The notes under the pieces: generated by a model
The model's input: the letters and a program-made list of their open reading frames with translations, nothing else
Databases searched by the model: none
Told to the model about the DNA's origin: nothing
In this document: one piece after another, positions 1 to 11,760 of the stretch
Layout: each line of letters begins with the position of its first letter
Numbering within the stretch: position 1 is the first letter of the stretch
Source of the DNA: Octopus bimaculoides
Lineage: Eukaryota
Direction of reading: 5' to 3'
Assembly (NCBI RefSeq): GCF_001194135.2
Contig: NC_068999.1
Span: 47,744,532-47,790,197, forward strand
Length of the DNA stretch: 45,666 nt
Made by a program: the position numbers and the translations under genes

Positions 1-23
1 ATTATATACATATCTTGTATTGT

Positions 24-346
24 GGAGGTGCAATGGTCCAGTGGTTAGGGCAGCAGACTCGTGGTAGGAGGATCGCGGTTTCGATTACCAAACCGGGCAT
101 TGTGTGTGTTTACTGAGCGAAAACACCTAAAGCCCCACGAGGCTCCGGCAAGGTGTGGTGGCGACCCCTGCTGTACTCTTTCGCCTAAATTTTCTCTCAC
201 TCTTTCTTCCTATTTCTTGAGTAATATCTGTTTTATATCTGGTGTTCCGTCCAGCTGGGGGGAACACATACACCATAGAAACCAGGAAACTGGGCCCATG
301 AGCCTGGCTAGGCCTGAAAAGGGCACATAAATAAAAAATAAAAAAT
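24..346 (+). mobile_element. tRNA-derived SINE
   Basis: A-box-like TGGTCCAGTGG; B-box-like GGTTTCGATTACC; A-rich tail. Confidence 0.75.
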
Positions 347-364
347 ATATTGTATTTCTGTGTT

Positions 365-402
365 TCTTTCTGTCGGAGAACATAGGCTTGAAATGTAAAA
401 GA
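365..402 (+). ncRNA. degenerate hammerhead-like motif of a second repeat family
   Basis: stem I TCTTT/AAAGA; core CTGTCGG; stem II GAAC-atag-GCTT; GAAAT-GTA. Confidence 0.35.
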
Positions 403-499
403 CTTTTTCACTTTCTGAGCGTTAAACTAATACACCTGCTATTGTTTACACACCTGTCTTCATCTTTTGGTTTTTCTGTAAATTCTCACTATATATATA

Positions 500-1085
500 T
501 AGTGAGAATTTATAGTCCCTGGAGTCCCTGCTCAACTTCACCAATGCCCTGTTCATGGAGTAAGTACTCAGACCAACAAAGGCCAATAACATTTTGGATC
601 TCTACTTCATGAACAATATGGACATCGTTCATGATGTGAAAGTGATGCCAACATTAGTTTTGGATCACAACATAATAGAGCCATCTATGTATGGACCAAA
701 TGTAGCCAGAGGCATACAGCCTAAAAGAAGCACCCAAAATCTCTCCAATCTGAACTTCCACAAAGCAGACTGGAAATCGATCCAAAAAGAGATCCTCAGA
801 CTGGACTGACCGAAATGTCTCTCCACACCAGACATTGGCATGAAACTAGAATATTTCATGTCTTTTATGCAAACTATATGCCAGAAATATGTTGCAGAGC
901 ACAAGGCCAACACAAAAAGGAACACGATTCCAAGGGAGAGGAAGATCCTCATGAGACGATGGACAAAGGCTGCAAATAACTTCAACCGACATTCCAAAAG
1001 TAGTGAAAGGTCCTGCCTAAAAACAGCATTGATGGAGATTGAAGAAAGCCTGCAAACAATCTTATGTGAGGGAGAGAGACAAAGA
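500..1085 (+). mobile_element. LINE ORF2 fragment (end of APE endonuclease plus linker), frameshifted
   Basis: peptides DLYFMNNMDIVHDVKVMPTLVLDHNII (SDH-like motif) and LNFHKADWKSI are typical of non-LTR ORF2. Confidence 0.7.
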
Positions 1086-1104
1086 AGCCTGAGTTATAAA
1101 AAAA

Positions 1105-2215
1105 CATTCTCCTGTGCATTCTTCACATTTATTAATCCTTTCATAATAGTACTTTTGTGCCTCTTTCTTTTCCAAATCACTAAGTGCAGGTGTACCATTA
1201 TCCATCCATACACACTTATCACACAACATCTTGATTCTCTCAGATAAACTGCTTTGCAATCTGAAACACCTCATGCCTCTGATCCCTGTGCTATAGAACT
1301 TGGCAAACGTCTTACATTCTGCTTCTCCCCTTGCTATATAAACCTATTACTTAGCTCCCCTTCTAGATACCTGATATAATTCTCTGCTGCTCCCATTTTC
1401 CCAGCCTTTCTAAGCCTGTCTCATCACTTTTATAGCTGTGTCTAGCTCACTGTTCTAGCACCATGTCACCTTTTGGTCTGATTGTAACTTTGCACCAGTC
1501 ACCGGTTTGGTCTATAACCCTTCGCAGATTGTTCTGTAGAATCATCCAGCTGTCACTGATTGTGGAGGCTCTAGGAAGGTTTGAGCAAACATTTGCAACC
1601 AATGGACTCTTGCACATGCCTAAATATTTCTAATCAATGAATTACTATTTCCTTCAATCACTAAACCAATAGGGCAGGGCCATGCAGCTGCCACCAGAGA
1701 AAGGCAAGGGTTGAAGCTAGGCATCTACTATCTACTCCCTTTTATCAAATGTTTCAACTAGTACTTCTCTAAATTTCTGATAGTTCAACAGATTCTTGAA
1801 CTTTGATATCTTCTTTTTCCAAACTTACTTGTGTCTCTTAGTTTATCTAACTCTAATTCTGAAGTCGTTAACCTATGTTGAATTGTATATTCTTCACCAG
1901 AAAAAGACTTAGCATACACAACCACCTGTCTGACTTGTTTCCTTGAGGCAGAATGTACTCAAACAGAAATGTGCATCCATCAGACTGATAGGTTATCAGG
2001 TGACTGGCTGGTTTATGGAAGACAGTTTTGCAAATTATCAACTCATTAACATCACAGAACCCCAGGAACTTCATTCCCTCCTCATTCCTTGAACCAAAGC
2101 CAAAACCTTCATGCACACCATGAAGTCCATCGGAGTACTACCCAACATGTCCATTGAAGTTACCAGCCATGATGATAAGGTCATTGTTATTTGTCACTGA
2201 GACAGTCAGCAAAGG
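1105..2215 (-). mobile_element. RTE-clade LINE fragment (endonuclease plus linker), degraded
   Basis: MAGNFNGHVG, GFGFGSRNEEGMKFLGFCDVNELIICKTVF, HLITYQS and ENQDVVCDKCVWMDNG...KKEA peptides, with stops and frameshifts. Confidence 0.85.
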
Positions 2216-2345
2216 AACGTCATAGATTTGACCTTGGGGGTCGATAAATTAAGTATCGGTTGCATTCTGGGGTTGATCTAATCAACTGCCCCCACCCCCA
2301 AATTTCAGGCCTTGTGCCTAGAGTAGAAAAGATTATTATTATTAC
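2215..2345 (+). mobile_element. SINE family B, 3' half
   Basis: ggggtcgataaattaagta…ggccttgtgcc…(att)n tail. Confidence 0.6.
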
Positions 2346-2954
2346 TGAAAATAATTGAGCTCACTCAAACAGTAATGCACAATTTTGTTGATCCATATGC
2401 ACTAAGGGCAAAGTCAATTTATCTTCTATATCTATAAAATATGGGGTTGTGGTGGTAGCTGTGATGGCTACTTTTATCAGGAATAATTCATTATATTACT
2501 CTAAATATTTTATCTGTTTTGATTTCTGGCTGGGACTGGTTCACTGGAGGCTGCTAATTACACATTGCTATTGGTTAGAGAGCCAGGTTTTTAGAATATT
2601 CAATTTCTGATATTGTGTCTGGCACAAGCTAAAAGTACTGGTGAATTATTTTTATAACATTAGTTTTACCTCTCATCCGAGATTGCTCTGCACTGATGAT
2701 GGTGGTGGTGGGTCTATTTTCTATTTTGTTTTATATTTATATTTTGACAGATAAAATAAATACTAGCAAAATAATAAGTTGATTCAATCAGCTCCATTAT
2801 TCTTTAGTCAAAATAGATTTAAATTCTACTGGAAGTCGGTGTGTTTTAGAATATTTTGATCACAATGGAATGCTACAAATATATTATCGCATCTTATATA
2901 GAAGTGCATTTATTTTGGATTACGACTGATGTTTGGATAGAGCTGGTATTTATA

Positions 2955-3042
2955 TCATGGGCTGTCAAATTGGAAAGTAGTCAACTGTGACGAAATTTGG
3001 ACTTCAAGCTCCTTATCAATCAGCAGGGGTCGGTTCCACTGT
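2955..3042 (-). CDS. possible terminal exon (RQWNRPLLIDKELEVQISSQLTTFQFDSP*)
   Basis: acceptor ctatcgcag; only the phase-2 frame, the one exon 2 needs, stays open (28 codons to TGA); no homology recognised. Confidence 0.25.
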
Positions 3043-3472
3043 CTGCGATAGATCAGTCCAAAGTAGAAATATATAAATAGAAACAAATTTTGGAATAGCA
3101 ATTTCTATATCATGAAAAAAGAAAAAGGCACGGAATTGAAGTGGGTGGGGAACAAATGTGAAAAACTTAAATTTTTGCAAAATGCTATTTCCCGTTGCAT
3201 AAAACAGAAATATCTAAAAAAAAAAAAAAATGATGGAGAAAACCCCACTCAATTTCTTTCCCCCGTTAGGTAGGGATAGCTGAAGCAAAACTCCGTCAAT
3301 GGGATATGCATTTTCTTTTCAGTTTCCACCTCTACACGGGTGTTTTAGATTGGTTACATCTAGAAAGTACATAAATCAGTAAGCTTAGTGGATAATTAGT
3401 TATTAGCCTAAGTTCCTATATGAAGGATCTTAGTGTAAACATAGTTTGAGATAATGTCAAGGAATAAAGTAC

Positions 3473-3542
3473 CTGATGACCCTCGAAGAACAAACAAACC
3501 TATAGAAACAGTGTGTAGACGAAATATTGAAAAATCTTACTC
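3473..3542 (-). CDS. putative exon 2 of the same gene (GVRFFNISSTHCFYRFVCSSRVI)
   Basis: acceptor atttctaatctttttag; open frame in phase with the previous exon; donor AG|GTACTT, phase 2. Confidence 0.45.
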
Positions 3543-4554
3543 CTAAAAAGATTAGAAATATCCAGAAACATTAAGGGGATACGTTTGGGAGTCTTTAAAT
3601 TAAATAACTCGAATAAGCTAAAATATTTCGTTTGTTTTGTAACGGAGACGAAAAATATGCCAACACAAATAATATATATTGTACTTTGGTATCTTGAAAA
3701 CAGCAGATTGTAATTAGAGAATTCTGAGAGGTTCTCTGCTGAAATGTGTTTGAATGTAGAGCAATAATTGAAGATTCGGATATAAAAGACAAATATTTAA
3801 TGACTTTGTACAGTTTTGCTGATGTTCATTAATTATATAGTGTAGAAGAGAAAATGTGAAATATGAAGTTTATAGAAGTTGGATATATGAAGATGAGGGA
3901 TGAGTTTTAATGCTGAGGTGAGGATTGTTGTTGCCCAGAAAAGAAACAAGAATTAATCGAAAAGTTACGAAATCACATTGCTAAATTATAGAATTGACGG
4001 GTGGAAAATAGGAAACCCGGTCACATCCCCCTCATGAATACCGAAAGAATTATTTACCAACCAATAAACTGTTATTTACAAATAATACTTAACGCCTGAA
4101 TAATTTCTTCACATATTTCAGACAGCATATTTTCGAAGAAAAAGTAGGCTAAATATTTATGAAGAATTTTTAGCGTGATATACGATATTTAACAGCCATC
4201 ATCGATCGCTGCTGGTTGCTAAACTTTAGTCATAATATTTACCAATTCCATGTCATCATGAACAAATAACATCGCTTATTACATTTGTAAATATAAAGTT
4301 TGTCTAGCAAAAATATTAATTTCGTTGTTATTCGATGATAACAAAGAAAAATAAGTTGTATAGTGAAAGCCCCAGGTTTTCACACCTGCAATATTTTTAT
4401 GAAGTCAATGACATCATTATCAACAGGAAGTCCTCCTCCACACTAAATGTGTCATTTATTCTCAGTTTAACTGTTACATTTATTTAATTATTTTGAAAAT
4501 AGCTCGATCACTGAATGTATGAACACCTGAACACTGTAGACGAACACAACTTAC

Positions 4555-4591
4555 CTTTTACTAAGCTACCGTGGTAAGCTCCTGCTGCCAT
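4555..4591 (-). CDS. putative first coding exon of an unidentified minus-strand gene (MAAGAYHGSLVK)
   Basis: ATG at 4591-4589; consensus donor G|GTAAGT; a pyrimidine-rich acceptor (ttctccaattacttcag) just upstream implies an earlier UTR exon; phase 1 joins the 3473-3542 exon. Confidence 0.5.
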
Positions 4592-7097
4592 CCTGAAGTA
4601 ATTGGAGAATCAACAGAAAACATCGCAGAGAAAAAATATTCACAAAGTGAAACGAAATCTTTCGTAAAGATCCCTCATTCCGTTTAAAGTTCAGTTTTTT
4701 TTTACTTAAGAAAGATTATTTGTAATAATCATCGTAGCAGTAATATTTCAAAGAAAAGCAGTTAAAAACCTTAAAAGACAGTTCTTATGTCCCTGGGAAG
4801 CTCCAGTGCCACATGGCGAGAACTCAGCAATTTTAATTTCCCCTCAGTCTTTTATAAACTAGCAGCACTAAGCTAGCCTTTCTTCTGTCTTATCTGAAAC
4901 TTTAGTAGTCAGCCGATCGTTAGCCAGCATTTTCAGCAACTATTGCTTCTGTTTACTACTGAATGCAATTTCTCTGTAGTCATTGCCAGCACGGCTAATT
5001 CTTTCTACATTACATCTAATCTCACTTTTACCATCATTGGCAAAATAAAAAGAAAAAATAATGATTTAATTTCTTTTTCTCTTTTCTTAGAAATAGTTTG
5101 TCATATCCATGCGTTATAATTTAATTACATTTTCTTTATAAATAGTTTAGCATATCCACCCGTTATTCGAGATTTTCTTTGAGGTTCCTTCAACTTGTAA
5201 AATTGAACATCTGTTTTAATATCTACTCTTAAATTAATCACCCATTAGAATTCCTTTCACACCTATGAAGGATGCTCTAGGGATATTTTTTTGTATTTTT
5301 TTAAAAACTATTTCTAATCGGTAAATATCAGATCGTTTGTAACAAATCATTTCGAAATATCATATTCTTCCAATATATATATATTTTTTAAATACATGCT
5401 CTTCCAATATTCATTGAATTTATTTTTGAATTGATAGATTCATTAAAAAGATCCCTTAATTCTAAAAACTTTTATATTTCAAGTCAGAGAGCTCCTCTAT
5501 ACGTTCGCTCGGTCTACTAGAAATAACAATCAAATTCCTCTCAAACTACACATGGCCATCTTCAAAGTGGAAGGGCACATTGGAATTGTCTAGCGTAGAC
5601 ATAGGTACGATTGTAGTTAAGAAATTAAGTTTCACAACCATATATTCCAACCTCGATCTCATAGTACACCGTCTTGGGTGTATGCTATTTATTACCTCGG
5701 GTTGATTAATCAATAAACCTGTGTGTGAGTGGATTTGTTCAACAAAAACTGTGCTTCGCGGTTCGATAGTTTAAGAAACTATGTAGCCATGGGTACATTG
5801 TTTGGAAATAAGAATAGCTAGAATATTTTGATATAAGTATGCTTCATCAAAGCTGATCCGAGTTGAAACAACTTAGTATATTTTTTTAAAATCATACTTT
5901 CCTAATAGGTGTATTAGAAGGAATGGTAGGATTTATTCAGCATTTTTCTCTTAATGACATTAGCAGTGTTAAGAGAGAGAGAGAGAGACTTATATACTAG
6001 AAGAGAAATGTTAAATTATTAGGTTTATACTTTTCCCAGGATCTGCGGAGGAAAAAGTGAAATAGCTTCAAACCACGTCACGGTCTAGGTGTTCTATAAA
6101 ATATATAACTAATAATATAGTATAATATAAGGTGTTGTTGTTGTTGTTGTTGTCGTTGGCAGATTATATTTATAGACTGTACGTCATTTGGTGGCTATGA
6201 TGCGTTAAGTGCAGCGCTTTTCAGAGTGGGCGGTTGCGCTCCCTGGGAAGCAGTGAAAAATTTTGCTTGGGTACTGGGGACAGAAGGAGGCGCGNNNNNN
6301 NNNNNNNNNNNNNNNNNNNNNNNNNNNNNNNNNNNNNNNNNNNNNNNNNNNNNNNNNNNNNNNNNNNNNNNNNNNNNNNNNNNNNNNNNNNNNNNNNNNN
6401 NNNNNNNNNNNNNNNNNNNNNNNNNNNNNNNNNNNNNNNNNNNNNNNNNNNNNNNNNNNNNNNNNNNNNNGGGGGGGGGGGGATTTTAGGGGGCGATAGA
6501 TACAATATGCCGTTATTTTTAGTCACTGACTCCTACTTATTATATACTGACTTTAGAAAACAAAAAATTATTGTAATAGTTTGATAAAATGCTTTTCAGC
6601 CGTAATCACAACAATAACATCAGCCGTAATTATAGACTGTAAAATGTGAATAAGTAAAAAAGAAAAAAGCCAATATAAATCATCTACGTATGTAAATAAT
6701 AAACAATAAACTAATGTATAAAAGACATTGTCAACATTTGTGGGTATTTCCATATATACAATAAAGACGGCAACTGCACTCGCAGTGTTAGTAAACATCC
6801 TAGCTTGTTTGTGCATATAAATGCATATGTACATCTGGTGTATTTAATTTTGCTGAATTTTTGCAAGAAGGCGTTGAAAAGTGTAGTCAGGGCAAATTGC
6901 GGTTGGCGGGTCTTTCTGAAATGGCACGCTTAACGAAAGATTATCTTGAGTTTTCTTTTAGTAGTGCGGCTCGCTTGATAATGAGCCGTGTTTTATGTGG
7001 CCCGCTTTTTGAAAAAGATTGTTCATGCCTGGTCTAGTGAGTCAGCGAGATTGTGCACGAGTCAACTTCCCATTTTCAGCTTTCAGAGAAATGCAAA

Positions 7098-7186
7098 ATG
7101 GAGAGCCGAACGCGTAAGCCTCCTCTTGACGGTACATCGGCTGCCCAGGAACAAGCCAAAGTATTACCTCCCAGTGATGGTACACA
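7098..7186 (+). CDS. putative exon (MESRTRKPPLDGTSAAQEQAKVLPPSDGTQ)
   Basis: ATG 7098 after pyrimidine-rich acceptor tttcag; donor CA|GTAACT, whose phase restores the frame of the 7454 exon. Confidence 0.3.
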
Positions 7187-7453
7187 GTAACTTGATCCCT
7201 GCAGTCCCAGGATAAACCTAGTCACCCAAGTAACAAATTGGCAGAATCGTTGGAATCGGACAAAATGCCTGGGGTGTTCAGTGACGTGTCCGTCTCGGGA
7301 ATGGAACACACTAGCGTGTTTCCCAAGTTCGGAATTATTTTCAGGTGACAAAGAAAACTGTAGAATTTAGAGAGAATAGGTACTTGGTCTCGAAAAGATA
7401 GGAACTAGTTCGAGTGTAATGGATAGACCTTAATAGTGCTGAATTCCTTGTAG

Positions 7454-7559
7454 GTTTGAAGTGACTGGAGATGCTTTCGCTCTTGGCGTATTTGTACGAG
7501 ATCAATATTCTACCAATATAGCAAGGTGTTACACTTCAACTCATTTACAAGAGAATTAA
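7454..7559 (+). CDS. putative exon (FEVTGDAFALGVFVRDQYSTNIA...), paralog of 10081-10136
   Basis: acceptor tccttgtag; 52/56 nt identical to 10081-10136, with 3 of 4 differences synonymous in this frame. Confidence 0.35.
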
Positions 7560-9799
7560 TCCATAAAATATGAACGAATTATGAGTTTTGGCCCTCGATA
7601 AATTTGGTGAAAATAATTTTATTATTCTGCATTATCAAAGCATTCTCCGATCAGTCTGCCTCTTAGTTCCATCTGTCCCGACTGTTGGGTCAGAAGTTTT
7701 CTGCCAAATCACACCATTGAACCAAGAGCTGACTGCGCTCTCCTCTAGTCACAATACTCAATCAATTCTGGTGTGCCTTAATGGCCGGTTTTGTTCCCTT
7801 ACATTTGGTATACAGTCCAGTTGAAGCAAAACGAGGAAAGACTTCCTTCCTTCCCAACCATTTTCTCCCCAATTTTTTTTTTTTTTTTTTTTTGCCGAAA
7901 CCCCCCGTTTTCGGATACGGAGATTCCGGAAAATTGCCAAAAATCGGCATTTTGAAATTTCGGCCCCTCTTCCCCACCCCCGCAATTTCTTCATTTTTCA
8001 CTTTTTTCCGTAACCCTAACCCTAAAACCCTAATCGTAACTACAAAAATTTTGGGAAATTTTTTTCAGAATCATAATCTCCGTACTTTTCCGCATACTAA
8101 AANNNNNNNNNNNNNNNNNNNNNNNNNNNNNNNNNNNNNNNNNNNNNNNNNNNNNNNNNNNNNNNNNNNNNNNNNNNNNNNNNNNNNNNNNNNNNNNNNG
8201 GGTAATTTTTAAATGCCGATTTTTTGGCAGATTCGTATTTTTCGTAGCCGAAAACGGGGGTTTGTGTAGGAAAAAAAAAAAAATAAATAAAAGGGGTGTG
8301 TTTTGTGGGGTACAAAAGGAAGCCTTGCCCAAAATGATGTTTAGTAATAACCCTCAACGTCTTACTTTCAAATCCCAGCAAGGCTTGCCTTTTATTCAGC
8401 CAGAGGCCTTTTATCACCCGGGGGCGATAAAATAAAGCACTCCCGATATTAATGACATTATAATCGAAGAAAATGGTGTAACAACTAACATAGACACGTC
8501 TGTGAAATACAATATGCAGTATGATAAAATTATTAAATAAAATTAAATACCATTTGTAACACGATGCATTGGATATGTCACAGGAGATGTTAGCAACTTA
8601 CACCAGAGGTTAAAAGACATTTAACAACTATTTTTAGTGCAAGTATTTAGCTTTAGAAATTAGACTTATGAATATTTCAACTGAGTAATATATTTCAAAA
8701 CAATAAAAGAAAAGAATGGTTAAATAATTTCTTATGAAATAAATTCTTAATTCTACATGAGAATATATATTTAACCTTTCATTGCAAGTTTGAGTTAGAG
8801 CGGGCAACTAGGTCAAAATCACAATCCTTCAGTTGTCAGGCATGTATGCTCCATAGGTAAAAATAATCTCTTGGTATGTTACGCAATACATTCTTTTATA
8901 TAATTGTAAAACAGAGTGGGATGAAGCGACTGAAAATGTACTGATAGTAATGATATATCGGGCTATTTATATCACTTCAAACCTTGCGAAAAACATTTCT
9001 TGAGCATTAATCTACCTCAAACAATTTAACATTACATATTGCGAGAAATTAAGAGTTAAATTTTTTGAAGTTTGTTAGTTACAGCAATAGGAAACGAAAT
9101 ACCTTGTGCTAAACATTAGTGTAAATTTGAAAATGGTTCTAAATTCTTATCATGTTTCAATGAGTGTGTACTATGTTTATAAATAGTACAAAACGTGAAA
9201 TAACTAAAAATAGTGCCCTAGTTGTAATAGAACATACATCGTTGTTATAGCGGAATTCCTTCCTGATGGTCGTAATATCATATACGCAAGTTTACTGTTG
9301 GATGGAATGTTACACATCAATCAACAAGGGCCGGCGCTAGGGTATTCACACCGGGGTTCTATAACAGACGTGCCTTTCTCTATTTTTTTTTTTGTATTCC
9401 TCCAGCCAAACATATCTCTTTACACCAGCTAAAAAATGCTGTCGGATTTTACGACCACCAAATAAATCTGTTATCTGACAAAATTTGAAATATTTCACAC
9501 CAAATTATGCGACAGGTTATATCATCACACTACCCGATCGTCATCCCGCCTTATCTCACCTTTATCCTCCACTTTCAAGAGTGACCTTATCTGCTTTCAG
9601 TATTACTAACTTTTCACCTATTTAGTTGGATTGAGAAATTTTGTTCAAGTTGTTCAGAATTTGATATTTTCTCGCCGTCATCGGTTGCTCAGTTAGTCAG
9701 ATACGGAGCGACAGTCCTGCAGTCAATTCATACAGGCTACGACTTCTCTACTCTTCTATGGCTTAAATACCCGAATATCGGCTTCGCAAGCCTTTTTGT

Positions 9800-9960
9800 T
9801 CCACGTGATCAAACGCACCTGTTGTTTGTATTGGTCGGTTTCCAGCCGTCCAATCGTGTTGACGCAACAGTTCATTACGCGGGAAATTAATCACCAGCTC
9901 CTGGGAGCCTACTATTCTATATATAGACGGCAGTTCTAGACTGCTCTAAGTCATTGGTAC
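9800..9960 (+). promoter_or_regulatory. compact Pol II promoter-like cluster
   Basis: E-box CACGTG 9802-9807; ATTGG 9830-9834; CCAAT 9850-9854; TGACGCAA 9860-9867; TATATATA 9918-9925; Inr-like TCATT 9951-9955. Confidence 0.45.
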
Positions 9961-9996
9961 ACGCCACTGACCATACGCAATTCGTCTCCGGCAACG

Positions 9997-10188
9997 ATGC
10001 ATCTGACACCAGCCAGTCTTCGCTTTCACCTCCACCATACACTCGCCTTCATCATTGCTGTATGGACACTACACAACTTTGTGACTGGTGATGCTTTCGC
10101 CCTTGGCGTGTTTGTACGAGATCGATATTCTACCAAGCATTTGTATGCTTGGGAAATGGTATCTCATGAGAAGATTCAAAAGTTCTAG
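9997..10188 (+). CDS. 63-aa ORF or first exon with a hydrophobic, signal-peptide-like N-terminus (…TLAFIIAVWTLHNFVTG-DAFALGVFVRDRYSTK)
   Basis: ATG with A at -3; lies about 45 nt downstream of a TATA/Inr pair; shares the VTGDAFALGVFVRD segment with 7461-7516. Confidence 0.4.
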   Translation: MHLTPASLRFHLHHTLAFIIAVWTLHNFVTGDAFALGVFVRDRYSTKHLYAWEMVSHEKIQKF

Positions 10189-10190
10189 AC

Positions 10191-10790
10191 CAGGGGTCTC
10201 TCATTACCGGGTTGCAGATCAGTACCGGGCAGTGGATCATTTGGTACCGGGCCGCGCAGAAAGAATAATTTTTAAGATTTGTTTCCATTTATAGACTATC
10301 GTAGTCATCAGGTCTGTTTATTGACTATCGTAGCATATGTATATATATGCGTGTACGTGTCTATGTGTTATAATTAAATTATACACGGTGGGACGTCGGT
10401 TTACGAGCGTCTCTCATCAGGAACAAATCGGTTTACGAACAATTTTTTGAACATAAAACGTCTCGGGTGACAAACGGTGTCTCGAGTAATGAACATGCAA
10501 CGGCAACAATAGTTGGCGGCAAGCTGGGTGTGTCAACAGGAGAGTGTCAGTTGTCTGGCTTTTGCTCTGTGCACATCCCTATTGGAATTCTCCGTGTTTT
10601 ATTTTGAATTTCCTGTGGGAAAAATAGTTTCGGTTTACGAACATTTCGGGTGTCGAACGGCCTTGAGGAACGAATTACGTTCGTAAACCGAGGTTCCACT
10701 TTATTGTGTTTTGTTATGCGCGTGACCCTGAGTCCGTGGGGAAACTGTTTTGCATGAGAGCGGTCCATCGTGCGAAAATAAGGTAGAAGA
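10191..10790. mobile_element. hAT (Charlie-like) non-autonomous element interrupted by a pogo-like MITE
   Basis: left end CAGGGGTCTC preceded by a TCTAGA-type target; degenerate right-end sequence (gtccgtggggaaactgttttgcatga…) at about 10725-10790. Confidence 0.5.
10386..10701. mobile_element. Tigger/pogo-like MITE
   Basis: TIRs CGGTGGGACGTCGGTTTACGA and TCGTAAACCGAGGTTCCACTT; TA at the right end; internal GGTTTACGAAC repeats. Confidence 0.65.
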
Positions 10791-11613
10791 TGCTGTTTTA
10801 GTCGACAGGTGGATTAATTTCTACAGTTGCAAAAGTGTGTCCGGAATTGGCTGCATCACTGTTTGCCTTTTCTGTTGTGGTATGTGATGTGTCGCCAGAA
10901 GTGGTGTTTTCTAATTAACCTTAATATTTTGCTGTGAATGTGCGCAGAAACTTGCATGTGTAAAAGTTTTTTTCTTTTTTCTTTGCGAACTATGAGCACA
11001 TCCAAATGGAGTTAGCATCGTTAAATTGCTATATTGACCATCTAAGCAAACGCACACTATATTTATGTGTATATTATTCAAAATTTTATTATGAAATTAT
11101 TTGATTAATTTCTTCAGTTGAAAAAAAAAATTCGTTTTAATTTGTAAGCTTGAATGTGCACATTTCCCTCCTTGTGCATTAGTTGCAAAACGTGCGCGCA
11201 CGCGCATATGAGCACAACATAAAGGTTACGTTGTATTATATTCACTTTTCACTAAAGACACTCCTTGCGACTGGGCGTAGCTCTGGCGAAGATATCTCTA
11301 TCTGAGAATACGTTGGTGATTCTTAAATTAGAGAAACTCATTAACAACGCCAGTAAATTGGTTTCTAATTATAGCTGTGGATGTTGGGTGCTTTGGAATT
11401 AGGTCTGTATATATGTCACTATGTGTATGTCATTGTTCAGTTTTATTTCAAGATTTCTTGCCAATAGAGAAAGAGCCGGTTTCTAACCTAGATCCAAGGC
11501 TCCTTCATTGGAATTTCAACATCAACAACAGGGTATTTTTGTTTGTCTGTATGTATGTGCAGATTTGTATGTTTGTTTTATGTATGTATTCTCATGCGTA
11601 TGTATGTATGTAC

Positions 11614-11760
11614 AGGCATGGCTGTGTGGTAAGAAGCTTGCTTTCCAATCACATACTTCCGGGTTCAGTCCCACTGTGTGGCACCTTGGGCAAGTGTCTT
11701 CTACTATAGCCTTCTTGAAGGTGGTGCCCCAGCATGGCCGCTGTCTAATGACTGAAGCAA
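11614..11760 (+). mobile_element. tRNA-derived SINE family A (GGCATGGCTGTGTGGTAAGAAG head)
   Basis: A-box TGGCTGTGTGG; B-box GGGTTCAGTCCC; ggcaccttgggcaagtgtcttctactatagcc body. Confidence 0.8.

Noticed and set aside
7454-7500. Resemblance of FEVTGDAFALG to gypsy RNase H (FEVTTDASDFALG) or to the GFUS Rossmann VTGGSGLVG
   Set aside because: Too short and missing key residues; no flanking retroelement or SDR sequence.
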